Assembly: GCA_951406725.2 (NCBI GenBank)
Contig: OX597829.1
Coordinates: forward strand, 25,730,001 to 25,794,000
DNA from: Octopus vulgaris
Lineage: Eukaryota
DNA length: 64,000 bases
Reading direction: 5' to 3'
The translations under genes were made by a program, and so were the position numbers. The notes under the pieces were generated by a model. It did not search any database. It was not told the origin of the DNA and worked only from the letters and a program-made list of their open reading frames with translations. This document shows, piece by piece, positions 28,046-42,304 of this stretch (positions within the stretch are counted from its first letter, which is position 1; every line of letters begins with the position of its first letter).

Positions 28046-28666
28046 AGTAGACGTCTGTTTCAAAAACTTCAAAGTTGAGTAACGTTTTCATGCTTGGGCT
28101 TGTAAACTAAGATATGAATAACACTGGTCAACAAAGAAAAAGAATACCGAAGAAAAAGAATACCTGCATTTTATATGTTTTTGCGTGCAGAATTCAAAAA
28201 TAATGTCAAATTATCTGTACTAAGTTCACATATTCCATTCATCTTCACAATGCCAAGAAAGTGTATAAACATCGTAAACAACTTTTGCTATATATGAAAA
28301 ATATGTAAAATATTAAGACAATCTATAATAAAATTCTAATTGCTAAATATAAACATTTATTAAAAAAATACACGCGGGTTAAGTAAATCTTGTGGTGTGA
28401 AGTATCAACACAGCATACGGGTGGAACACAACACAATATGCGATCGTCATGCTAACAAGTTGTTAATGCCTCGCTGTCTGTTGATTGGCTAAAATTATTC
28501 AAATTTCCCACCTTCAATTCCAAATAGTATCAGATTCTTTAATTTACGAGATAAAGTAAATGGTTGATCATAATCAAAATTCAGAGTTGCATCGATACAC
28601 CAAAATTGAAAGCAATCTGAGCAAAATTAAAGGGGAATGATTTCGTGAATGAAACTAACTAGATCA
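27528..28666. mobile_element. GGATCT-terminated non-autonomous TIR element inserted in a SINE A, 8-bp TSD
   Basis: TIRs ggatctagtta..attcacaaaat / atttcgtgaat..taactagatca; TSD gtcacgcc at 27520-27527 and 28667-28674. Confidence 0.8.
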
Positions 28667-28736
28667 GTCACGCCTGGTTGGTGGGTGGAGGAACAAACAC
28701 AAAGACGCACACATGTACACATACATAGATATATAC

Positions 28737-29575
28737 GGATCTTTTCCTTTTGAACGGCAGTTTTCAACACAATTTCTAGTTAACTAAACACTTTTAAACT
28801 TCGTATACTGGTAGAATGTGTTTATAAAACATCATTTTTTTCTTGGCTTTATTGAGAAAATTCTATAGTTTGTAATATATTTCGACTTTAATTTCGAGCA
28901 TTTCGGCAATTTTAACCAATCGTTGACCTCCATTTGGGGTGAAAACATTCCATGCTGTACGAATATGTCCCTCGTTTAAGAAACAGATTGGGTTTATTTA
29001 CATTTGCGAAGAAAAAAAAATACCCTTCCCCCACCCCTAACCCTACCCCTAACCATAACTCTAAACCTAACCCTAAAATAGATTGAAATGCAATAGATCG
29101 ATACTAGGGTTATAATTATGGGTGACAATTTCATTTGACACCGCTAGAAAAAAAATCCCATTTTCCGTAGCTGTGTCGTATGAAATTGTCACCCATAATT
29201 ATAACCCTAGTATCGATCTATTGCATTTCAATCTATTTTAGGGTTAGGTTTAGAGTTATGGTTATGGTTATGGTTATGGTTAGGGTTAAGGTATCTTTTT
29301 TCTTCGCAAATGTAAATAAACCCAATCTGTTTCTTAAACGAGGGACATATTCATACAGCACGGAATGTTTTCACCCCAAATGGAGGTCAGCGATTGGTTA
29401 AAATTGCCGAAATGCTCGAAATTAAAGTCGAAATATGTTACAACATATAGAATTTTCTCAATAAAGCCAAGAAAAAATGATGTTTTATGAACACATTCTA
29501 CCAGTATACGAACTTTAAAAGTGTTTAGTTAAATAGAAATTGTGTTGAAAACTGCCGTTCAAAAGGAAAAGATCC
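28737..29575. mobile_element. Foldback DNA element (about 410-bp inverted arms), 9-bp TSD
   Basis: Arms start ggatcttttccttttgaacggcag and pair almost to the centre; TSD gatatatac at 28728-28736 and 29576-29584; internal CCCTAA-like repeats. Confidence 0.92.
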
Positions 29576-29593
29576 GATATATACTACATACAA

Positions 29594-30424
29594 TAGGCGC
29601 TGGTGTGGCTGTGTGACAAGAAACTTGCTTCCACACCACATAGTTCCGGATTCAGTCCCACTGCGTGGAGCCTTGGGCAAGTGTCTTCTACTATAGCCTC
29701 GGGACGACTACAGCCTTGTGAGTTGATTTGGTAGACGGAAACTAAGGGAAGCCCGTCGTATTTACATATATATATATTTGTGTGTGTATGTTTTATGTTT
29801 TTACCCCACTATCACTTGACAACCGGTGCTGGTGTGTTTACGTTCCCGTAACTTGGCGGTCAGGCAAAAGAAACCTATAGAACAAGTGCCAGGCTAAAAT
29901 AAAGTACCGCAGTCGATTCATTCGACTAATAATTCTTCATGGCAATGCTCCAGCTTGGTCGAAGTCTAATGACTGAAAAGAAAGATAAAAGATACATACA
30001 TACATAGGTGCAGGAGTGACTGTGTAGTAAGTAGGTTGCTAACCAACTACATGGTTCCGGGTTCAGTCCCACTGTGTGACATCTTGGGCAAGTGTCTTCT
30101 GCTATAGCCCCGGGCCGACCAATGCCTTGTGAGTGGATTTGGTAGACGGAAACTGAAAGAAGCCTGTCGTATATATGTATATATATATATGTGTGTGTGT
30201 GTGTTTGTGTGTCTGTGTTTGTCCCCCTAGCATTGCTTGACAACCGATGCTGGTGTGTTTACGTCCCCGTCACTTAGCGGTTCGGCAAAAGAGACCGATA
30301 GAATAAGTACTGGGCTTACAAAGAATAAGTCCCGGGGTCGATTTACTCGACTAAAGGCGGTGCTCCAGCATGGCCGCAGTCAAATGACTGAAACAAGTAA
30401 AAGAGTAAAAGAGTAAAAGAGTAT
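29594..30424 (+). mobile_element. Two tandem SINE A copies (older 29594-29990, young 30005-30424)
   Basis: Each has a head, CORE-like segment, internal microsatellite and tail. Confidence 0.92.
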
Positions 30425-30444
30425 ACATGCATGCGAGCAAGCAG

Positions 30445-30518
<74 letters not shown>

Positions 30519-30649
30519 TCTCTCTCTCTCTCACACACACACACACACTCTCTCTCTCTCTTTCTCTCTCTCACACACACTGGCTTCCACACAGATTCTA
30601 CCTAGAAGACTAGCCCAAGATGCAACGTGGTTGGAAAGCGAGCTTCTGT

Positions 30650-30857
30650 TGTAGGTACCCTGGAAATGACCAAGAAAGATACTGACAAAGTTTTTGACCA
30701 GATCCTTGGGAAACCAACAATCTATGGAAACTCGAAAAATTGTGTTGACATCAACCCACCTACATTCTCAGGAAGTTTCTTTCCGTCTAATATATACGTG
30801 ACTTAGGTCTCTGGTCGAGACTCGGTTGGAAGAAGAAATAAAATGCAATTCAATCGG
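30650..30857 (+). mobile_element. 3' end of an R4/Dong-like LINE followed by (AAT)n
   Basis: VGTLEMTKK..ILGKP and KIVLTST..YILRKFLSV*, short UTR, then an AAT array. Confidence 0.65.
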
Positions 30858-30920
30858 ATAATAATAACAATAATGATAATGACAATAATAACAATAATAA
30901 TAATAATAACAATAATAATA

Positions 30921-30970
<50 letters not shown>

Positions 30971-31028
30971 GGTGATGATGATAGTAATAATGATAATAAT
31001 AGTAGTAGTAGTGGTAGTAGTAGTAGTG

Positions 31029-31060
<32 letters not shown>

Positions 31061-31070
31061 CGTCGTCGTG

Positions 31071-31115
<45 letters not shown>

Positions 31116-31299
31116 ATAGTAGTAATAATATTAATGATAATGATGATAATAGTAATAATAAACATATACATAGGTGCATACTACATACTATAGGCGTAGG
31201 TGTAGCTGTTTCATAAGAAGCTTGCTTCCCAACCACATGGTCCTGCGTGGACTCTTGGGCAAGTATCTCCGCTGTGCGCATCTGCAATAGAGTGAATTA

Positions 31300-32340
<1,041 letters not shown>

Positions 32341-32351
32341 ATAATAATAAT

Positions 32352-32424
<73 letters not shown>

Positions 32425-32447
32425 TGATGATGATGATGATAATAATT

Positions 32448-32985
32448 GTGCCAGAGAGTGGCTCTCGTGGCTTCTTAACTGAGTGAAAGTGTTATCATGT
32501 ACATTGTTTTGTCTTGGTATAAAAGATGGGCTACAGCAAATAATCTGCTCAATACCACAGATTTGCTTGTCAGTTGTTTGACCTTAACCAGTTGAACATG
32601 TCCCTTAGTGGCTGATGATATGTGCATCTCTGATCATGAGCAGAAGTAGTGGGAGAGCATCATAGCCATGTGTTGAGAGGGATTCTTTGGGGTTTGGATA
32701 ATTCACCTTTGGAAACATGGGTGTTTCGTTCAACATCCTTAAACAACCCTTATTCAGGAACCTTTTGAGCGGGATGGGTTACTCAACCAGAAGAAAATTC
32801 TAACTGGGCCCCACCTGCAAGGTCATGTGCTGTTTATCTTGATATGAGATCACCATGTCGCGCACATATAGTTGTGATGCATGTGCCTGGTGTACCCTTA
32901 TCAGACAGGTAGTCATGATGGGTATACTGTGCTTTGTATATTTTACCCCAGTGTCACTTTGATGGCATGCACTGCTCTCTCACTC
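32448..32985 (+). mobile_element. About 540-bp AAT-tailed non-coding repeat (family D), copy 1
   Basis: Homologous to 45515-46050, 48164-48722 and partially to 33960-34115; fixed 3' end gcactgctctctcactc(AAT)n. Confidence 0.88.
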
Positions 32986-33088
<103 letters not shown>

Positions 33089-34989
33089 CGCCTTTGGAAT
33101 GTGAAATAGAAATGGAATCTTTAAAAAAATGCAGAAGAAAATAACAATAAATGTTGAAGTGGTCTTTCCTGAGTGTGGTGTTGTGGTATTCAGAGTGTAC
33201 GAATATTCAAATAAGGGAAATAAAAAATATATGAAATGCTGTAAATTTCAACAATGTCCTTTTCAGGTGAAAGGTTACAGTCACGCTTCACTTATTACTA
33301 GCAAAACAACCAACAACCCCACCATCATCACTACCACCACTACCTTCACTATCACCATTACCACTGACAATAACAAACAACAATCACTTCTAAAAACAAG
33401 GACCACCTATGAGGCGATCCTCTGCGTGGTAACTGCGCCTGCTAGATATAGATGTCAAATCTCCATTATATCAACTCTGTCATCTTAAAAGCGGCAGTAC
33501 CCATGTTTGATATATTTGTAACGAAAAGATTTGGTGATTATGATTGGAACAAATATCAATCGTGAATGACAAAGAGCTAAGCAACAACATTAATGACAGC
33601 AAAATAACTTCAACAACATCATCAACATAACATTTGTAAATTTGCGTCCTTAACTTGCCATCAGAAGCCATTGTCGAACCACTACAAAACTTCAGTGAAT
33701 CCCATACTGAGGTCTTATATCTAGTACAGTGTGGCAGCTATACAGGCATGTAGATATAATAAACCACACCCAAAGAAAGACCACTTGCGTGAATAAATAC
33801 TCATCTACTTAATTACCGGTTCAGAGTCGGTATCAAATTACATTGAGTAACGCGACTTTTGTCCTTGGGTAGCAACTGTAATTTCCTATTTGTTTACTCT
33901 TAGAAAGTATGAAAAATGGCCAATATCTTCTTCAAACTTTACTTTTGTTTCGGTATTTATTCAACCCCCCAAAGAATCTCTCTCAACATATGGCTATGAT
34001 GCTCCTCCACTACTTCTGCTCTTGATCAAAGATACACATATTGTCAACCACAAAGGGACGTGCTCAAGTGGTTAAAGTCAAGCAAATCTGAGCTATTGAG
34101 CAGAATATTTGCTATAACGATATTTCTGCTTCAGCAAGTAAGTGCTGAATCTATCTTAAACGTAATGGAAAATAGGTCAGTTTCAAAATAGTGATGTCCC
34201 GGTCACAAAAGCAAAGTTTGAAGGGAATAGCAGTCATTTCCTTTGATTTCTAGATAGAAGTAAATAAGAAATAACGCTTACTAACCAAAGACAAAATAAA
34301 ATAAATAAATAAAAACAAAAAATTTATGAAAATTACGGGATGAATTAGAGCTCAATTGATTTGGGAAATAAATAAGGTAGATGAGATGCCGGAAGAAAAA
34401 CTACTGATCAATCTTAAGGCACAGATATAGTGGGCAGTTCCAAGGAGGTCTTACAGATCTACGGGCCGATGCTAAATAAATAGGGGTCCAGACAAAACCC
34501 CACCCTCTGGACTATGTCAATTAGAGGAAGATCATAGGAGAATTTCTGAACGGTATAGGGCACAGCATCAGGCTGTAGTAAAATGAACTTTAAATGAACC
34601 TCAACACTTAATGAGGCTTTCAATATTGTGTTTGTTTTAATTTTTCAAAGATACGGCATGATGCTCGTTTTTTCATATATTCACTTTTTGTGATTGGGAT
34701 TATTATATAATTAATACTATATTTTACACCTTAGAGATGTGTTCATAAACTACAAATAATAAGAATAAAAATTGTGATTTTAAAATTGCTTATTTCTTTC
34801 CTCGTCGGATTTTTTCCTTTTTATTAATTTTTTTCTAGGAGATTTTGTACTAGGTGGGTTCTGTGCTACACTCAAATAAATACTATAAATCGCTGGGCCT
34901 ATAGTATTTATTGACTGCAAAGGATGGGGGTTTACAAAGCAGTTAAGACCACTCTGTGTCTGAAGATATCTTCTTAATCCTAACTACAT

Positions 34990-35660
34990 GAGAAGTACTT
35001 AGTGAAGAGTTAGCCCTTTACTTGGCTTTCGTCGATATAAACAAATCTTTTTACATACTTCCATACTCTAGGATTGCGTGGTCGTTGAAGAAGACAATGT
35101 TAGATGAATTGCTAGTGAAAGCTATACAAGCTATGTACAGAGTTGCAATCAGCAAGCCTATGGTTACTAATGCTTATGGCGATGAATTTGCCGTTATAGC
35201 TCCTGCCTGTGTCTCTTCTGTTCGTTAAAATCCTCTCAGAAATAGCAGAGGATTTTAAGACCAGCTGTAATGCAGAAATTGTTATATGTTGATCTTGGTC
35301 TTAAACTAAATCTATAGAAGCTTTAGAAAAGAAATTCCGGGCAAGGAAGCAAAACATAAAACGGAGTGACCTCAGAGTATTAGCGTTAGTAAGTAAGAGG
35401 AAAACTCAGGAGAAGCCTATTACCATCTAGAAAATGGCCATGCTCGATATGCTGAAAGGAATTGGTAGAAAATCCACACAGTAGACATAATGTAAACTAT
35501 ATATGCGCCAGGGGTGTAGTCGGATCACAGGCAAGCCAACAGAAAAGATGGACTTCGTATTCGACTGTTGCACTAAGTACAAAGGAAACAAAGAGCCTCG
35601 GGGAAATAGACATTGGCAGAATATTCGGAAGTCTTTCTAGAAGTAGTTTATAGCTTCTAT
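34990..35660 (+). mobile_element. Decayed RTE-clade LINE RT fragment
   Basis: EKYL..FYLAFVDINKSF..IAWSLKK..LVKAIQAMY, followed by KWPCSIC (Cys-rich insert). Confidence 0.7.
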
Positions 35661-35669
35661 CATCTAGGC

Positions 35670-36011
35670 CAGTAATTCTCAACTGGGGTTCATATGACCC
35701 CTGGGATCCATATCAGATTTTTCGGGGTTCACGTTGGCAAAATAGTATATTGGGGATTTACATTTGTATTTTATGTGACCATGTAAATTTTGATTTAAAT
35801 GTATCTATTGCAGGGAACGACTAGAATAGAATTTTTTTTCTAACGTTTTATATAGTTCAACCTATATGAGTGAAAGTGTGGATGACAAAATAGGAATTTT
35901 GAAAAAAATATCTATAAAACTAGTTTTGAAACATCTAATGACTATGGGATTCCACCAGAGTAAAATAGCTATAAAAGGGGTCCATACAAGAAAAATGGTT
36001 GAGAACCACTG
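35670..36011. mobile_element. hAT-Charlie-like MITE
   Basis: TIRs cagtaattctcaac/gttgagaaccactg; TSD atctaggc/atctaggt; related inverted copy at about 25745-26060. Confidence 0.82.
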
Positions 36012-37624
36012 ATCTAGGTAATCAAATTATCTGTCTGAGGTTGGTGTTCTGAAAGCATATTAGACGGGGTAGCAGATCGACCTGGAGAAACTCCCTTATC
36101 TCTGAGCAACGCACCAGTCAAGATCTTTCGGAGGAGCCGCATTTCGACCACTGGTGTTAGCGGTCATTTGACCACTACTTGCACTCTTTCGGTCATTACC
36201 CAGCACCCACGAGCACAGGCGACGATGGCCACAAAACTGAATTGAAAATACCAAGTTTGGTTTTTTTTCTTTTCTTTTCTTTTAACTAATCTCTCCTCTT
36301 ATGAGGATCGCATTTCTGTGCCAGCGTGTGCAGTTCTCGCATCCAATTTGACCGTCTGCTTCCCATCACCCATAGATACAACCTCAAGATGCTTAAACTT
36401 CTCCACCTGCTTCAGTGATTTTCCACTAACATGCAGAGTGCACTGAGAAAACTTTCTTAGTCTTCGCAACACTAATTCTCATACATACATACATACATAC
36501 ATACATACATACATACATACATACATACATACATACATACATACATACATACATGCATGCATGCATACATACATACATACATACATACATACATACATAC
36601 ATACATACATACATACATACATACATACATACATACATACATACCTGCAGATAGACTGACAGACATACAAGCAGACAGACACATGGCGTTCTTCCACACA
36701 GTTTCCGTCTATCAAATCGATTCACAAGGTATCGGTCGTCTCGATGTTGTGATAGAAAACACTTGTCTAAAGTGACTCTCGGAGTGGAACAGAATATGAA
36801 ACCACGTGGTTGGGAAGCGTACTTCTGAACCTCAGAGTCATGTCATGATGATTGATGATAAAATTAGTTGTTCTTTTAATGTGTTTTGGACTCTGATCTC
36901 AAATTTGTTATATCTTCCCTAGTTTATCTAGTTTTTGAACCATGGCTGTCGTCAAAATTTTTTGCCGATTTTATCAGTGCTTGGTAACATTTGGAAGAAA
37001 ATTTGTTTATTACTTAAACTGAAATACACTTATAAATCTATACATAATTTATCTTAGCATCGTTTTGATACCAGATTTCTGAGATGCTTTGAAAAAATTC
37101 AAGTTTATAAAAGTTTTGCGTATGATGCTTTTTTCTGACAAATTTGATCTGAATCATCATGATATTACATCCAACGACAATCAACCATTATGCTTTCATT
37201 TCAAAACCCCTGGCATCCTGTTTACATTGCATGAATATTTTGAATGGAATCGTTCTCCTTGCTTAATGCTTATTCCACATGGTATTCGGAAAAAATAACA
37301 AGATGAGAATGTAGGAAGCGTGTTTATACCATCCGACAGGCTGATTCATTATAGACATCAAGGAAATTCTTATACACTTCTTATACACAAGACACATTCT
37401 TCAAATGGTTTATGCATAACCACTTTTTAAGACTGCCATTTATTGGTGCCACTACGAAAATATAAGCGTCAATATTGAAAAGCAATATGATGAGACACAG
37501 TTTAGAAAAGAATCGGAAAGTGACACTTTTCAAAATACCACTATTGTTGGAGTTTTGTTTCTTAGTTTAAAATCTCTTTATTGGAAGAACTCACAATACT
37601 GAAAAGAAAAAATCCTGCATACAT

Positions 37625-38630
37625 ACAAGGGTGTGCTGAAAAGTTCATAGGCTGACTATGAAGAAGTGATGCTAGAGCTGTGAAATCTTGCATGCATTAA
37701 TTTCAAATCTTATTAATAACTTCTTGTTTCTTTCCAAGTAAACTGATATCTAACTGTTGAAAGAAGACTTAAAATGTAACTAGTAGCGAATTGAAAATGG
37801 ACAAAATTTGGCATTGTGGTATCATCAAATACCTGCAGAAAAACAGTTTAGCCCTCAAGGACATTCATGCTGGCATGGTTGCTACATTAGGGGGATGACG
37901 CTCTAACTTTATCAACAGTGCAAAAGTGGGTAGCGGAATTTAGGAGAGGAAAGAAGAGCCTTGAAGATGACCCAAGTTCTGGACATCCTGAAATTGCCAT
38001 CTCCGAGGAATACATTGATCATGTTCACCACATATTGAGGGACCATAGGTAATTGTCTATAAATCAAATAGCCAATACTATTAGCATACCTCGTTTGAGA
38101 GTTGAGAATATTCTGCACAATGAACTTGGTTTGATTAAGGTTTCTGCTCTATGGGTACAACATCTGACATCTGATAAAAAGCACACCAGGTTGATTACAT
38201 CACAGAAAAATCTGACATTGTTTTAGGCAGATCTGGTTGGATTCTTTGAATGCTTCCTAAGCTAGGATGAGAGTTGAGTTCATCACTTTTAGCCAGGGAT
38301 AGAGACAATTCACTTAGTGGAAACATTCCTCCTCTCCTGCTCCAAAGAAAACCAAGGTTGTTTCATCTGCAGAGAAGGTGATGGTTTCAGTCTTTTGGGG
38401 GGTGCAAAAGGCATTGTGCTTATTGACTATCTTCAGAGGAGCTACATCATCAATGGAGAGTAATATGCCAACTTGCTGAGGCAATTACGAAAGGCTACGA
38501 AGATCAAATGCCCAGGAAAATTTACGAAAGGGGTCTTGCCTCATCAGGACAACGCTCCTGCTTACAAGTCTTTGTTTTCAATGGCTGCTGAGCGTGAATG
38601 TGGCTTTGAACTGGTCGATCTCTATCCAAC
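37625..38630 (+). pseudogene. mariner transposon with decayed transposase
   Basis: TA plus TIR-like caagggtgtgctgaaaagtt; from 37797 MDKIW..TVQKWVAEFRRG..LEDDP, KVSALWV, DES, KVMVSVFW and HQDNAPA, with many stops. Confidence 0.9.
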
Positions 38631-38818
38631 CGGAGTTGCTAGAAATAACAGTCACTGTTCTAAAACCTCTATACCGTTCTTGAATCAAATTCCTACTGTT
38701 ATAAAAACAAGCTAAGCTTTTATAACGATGTATAATTTTCATATCTTATCTCATTTATTGATAATTATTAAAGCTCAAAACTGCGGTTGCCTTATTTAGG
38801 GACACCCTGTATGTACGT

Positions 38819-38868
<50 letters not shown>

Positions 38869-39744
38869 GCAAACACACACACACTCACACACACATACAC
38901 ACGCACATATACACGCACACATACACACACACATGTACGACGGGCTACGCTCATTGAACCTGGAATCATGTGGTTCGAAAGCAAGCATCTTGCCACAGAG
39001 CCACGCTTGCGCCGCGTCCGTAGAGAAAAATTAGAAAAAAGTCTGAAGGTGGGAAGAAATTAAAAAAGATCCAAGTGTATTGTGTCGAGCAGGGTCACAG
39101 CAAACGTTGGTAAACATTGCAAGTTTAAAAGAACAGAGGCCATACTAGGGGCGATGGGACAGATACAGGGAGGTCACAGCCTTCATGTCTCTCTAACAGT
39201 CCTCACCATCTTTTATCTAAGAATATAAAGAAGGAAGAAAGGAAGAAAAGAAAGAAAGAATGAAAAGATAGGAGAGAAAGAAAGAAAAGAAATATGGAGA
39301 AAGCAGGGTAGACTATAACGTACTTGATAACCTCTCAAATTTTATGTATGTATGTAATGTATGTATGTATGTATGTATGTATTATGTATGTATGTATGTA
39401 TGTATGTATGTATGTATGTATGTATGTATGTACGTTTATAATTATGTATAAATTCTTTCATTCTTTTATTCTTTTATTTGTTTCAGTCATTAGACTGCGA
39501 CCATACTGAGGTACCGACTTGAAGGTTTTAGTCGAATAAATCGACTCAAGTACTTTATTTATTTATTTATTTCTTATTTATTCATTCATTCATTCATTCA
39601 TTTATATATTTATTTATCTATTTAGCCCTGTACTTGTTCTATCGTTCTCCTTTTGCCGAACCGTAAACAAAGAAATACTTGTTGCAAGCGGTGGTTGGAG
39701 ACAAACACAAACAGAAAGGCACACACGTAGATACAAATACATAT

Positions 39745-39818
<74 letters not shown>

Positions 39819-39867
39819 CACATACACACACATATACACTCACACACATACACACACACATAACTAT

Positions 39868-40776
39868 GGATCTTTGTGGTTTTCGTCACACTTTTCCCTA
39901 TCGTTTTCAAATTTAGTATATGGATTAAGTTTTGTATACTAATTATGAAAATGAAATTCATTTATCCAATAAATCTGCAATTAAAAAGTTATTAGCCTTT
40001 GAAATTTGCTAAATTTGGGTAATTTAGCCAATTAGAAGCGAGTATTTTACACATCACCGTGACGAAAAACTGTTTCCATAGTAACCAAAGACGCTGCACA
40101 TGCGCACAAGGAGTGTAACCACCAAATTTAGTGTAATCAACAAATTGAGAGCACCTGGGCATCTTTAAAGCGTGGAAACAAACGCCGGTTGACTCTTATC
40201 TTTGTAAATTTATGCGGATAAGGAGATATAAGAAAGATAATTTATTCTATAAAATCCTAGAATGTAATACAAACTTTCGTTCTTGAGCTCTTTTTAACAA
40301 ATAAATGCCTGTTTTGAGCAATGTCTTGACTGTTATTTCTAGCAGCTACTGTCGGTTTGCTCGTAGCTTTTAAATATTTAATTCGATCGCAAATGTTTCA
40401 ATGTTTTTCACTGTTTACTTTGGTCATGTATATTTCAATGCTTTGACTGTTGTTTCTAGCAACTCCTGTTGGTTTTTTCATAGGTTTTAAATATTTAATT
40501 TCCTCGCGAATCTTTTAATGTTTATTGTAGCTAGTTTAATGTTTTGACATGCCGGTGCCCCCACCTCCTTTTTCGCTTCTTTGACAGATGATGGAAGAGG
40601 CAGCGAACGCGCTGTTTTCTGACTGGCTGAAAATTCTGAAAACTATCAAACTTTGAACACCTGTAACACCTTTGCAACATTTTTCTGGAATAAATGACTC
40701 ACAAATACATGTATATGCTACATTAAAAATTTTTCTTAAAGATTTCTACATGCAGTGAATCGAACCGCAAAGATCC
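39868..40776. mobile_element. Third GGATCT-terminated TIR element (old)
   Basis: TIRs ggatctttgtggtt / aaccgcaaagatcc; TSD not recognisable. Confidence 0.6.
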
Positions 40777-40809
40777 CAGACTGAATAAAGTGAGATTTAT
40801 AAATTAGAC

Positions 40810-41045
40810 ATGGCTATAAACCGAAATACAATCATAACCCTCCACAAAGGAGACGAAAGTAATACAGTTATAACAAAAAGGTTCAAATTAACTGAACTAC
40901 TATCTGGAAAGTTGTCAAGAAATTTCAAGAGACTAATTCCACCGTTGATCGACTTGGACAGGCTGAGAATGAAGTGTGCGGACCCCTCAGCTTATCAAAA
41001 GTACCAGAGAAAAGGTACGGGAAATCCGTCAGAAACTGGCTGCTA
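40810..41045 (+). pseudogene. Tc1-like transposase N-terminal HTH remnant
   Basis: MAINRNTIITLH..IWKVVKKFQET..DR..VRTPQLIKSTREKVR across frameshifts. Confidence 0.6.
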
Positions 41046-41293
41046 CAGCAAAAATAGGTTCCCCTGTAATTTCGCCACTATTATCCATTCAAGTTCATTT
41101 CATCTGGTCTTTATCAGATATCTCAAGCAATGAATTGATCACTACAAAATTTAATATTGTTCTAGAATATATGGAATTAATGGAACAGTTTCGATACAAT
41201 TCAATATCTATTTCTGATATTACATGATTGGTCACAATATTAGGCAGAACAATATGCAATTTTATGATGATCGTTAAGACAATAGCGTATTCA

Positions 41294-41425
41294 ATGGAAG
41301 TCATTTGAAGCACACGAAGCAGAGAGAAAGTCTGCGTAGACGGGCATATGTATATGAAGAAAAAGACAGGATAGACCCGGTTGTATTGGGCCTGCGCCCG
41401 ACAGGACAATGGGTGTGGTGGAACG
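41294..41425 (+). pseudogene. FLYWCH zinc-finger remnant (MULE transposase type)
   Basis: MEVI*STRSREKVCVDGHMYMKKK..LYWACARQDNGC. Confidence 0.6.
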
Positions 41426-42304
41426 TTTTTCAGAGACCTTCAGCAAGATGACCCAAGACCAGGATATACCAATTGAAAGTACTCGTACGGATACATCGTC
41501 CTGGCATACCAGCAAATGGTTTGTGATGTTAATAAGCCACAAAATGCGAAATATCGGTATCCATCACTCCTGAATGTAATTAAGGGTGAGTGGTCTCGCC
41601 TGTCTATGACTTTTAGGTGTTTTAACACCGGCACTCTGGAGGAGTCATACCACCGCGCTAATTCGCAGCGTACCGGTGTGGGGCAAAATAGGTATCTAGA
41701 CAAAATAATTTCTGATTTCTCGTTATTTTCTCTCTACTTGTTAGAAAGTATTGCATCATCATTTTGTGCTGTTACATCATCTTTGGTAGCAAAAATTGGT
41801 CAGCGTAGTTGTTGTTGAAGTTTAGAGAGTTTGAAACTTAGTCAGATGACAGATACTTTTATTTTGAAGAAATTTTTCCTCAACTTCGACCCGATTGTAA
41901 CTGAGGTTGCAAATAAAATATCCGGATAATTTTGGTATTTAACAGTCAAAATTATTTTCCAAGTAATTTCTTTCCACACCGATTTGATAATTTTCAATTT
42001 TCAAAATATAATGTCTAACGTGGGCCAAAATAATTAAGAACAACTTCTCTAACTGCATAGCACGTAAATATATCAGGAAGAGAGCCATCCCAGTAGATCG
42101 TGAAAAAGCTATGGAGAATATATTGTGTTGAGTTTCTAAATTTAGTCGAGTTTACTTAATTTCATATCATGTGCCATTTTCCCTCGATCCTCTTTCATTT
42201 GACCAAAATATTTAGAATTTTTGTTGCATTTCTGATCTTTCCGATGTCTAGGGATGAATATTGTTGTGTATGACTTCTTTTTCAAGTGTAATTCTGAAGA
42301 ATTA

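Noticed and set aside
30005-30080. tRNA genes
   Set aside because: The A/B boxes belong to SINE heads; no full cloverleaf or terminator.
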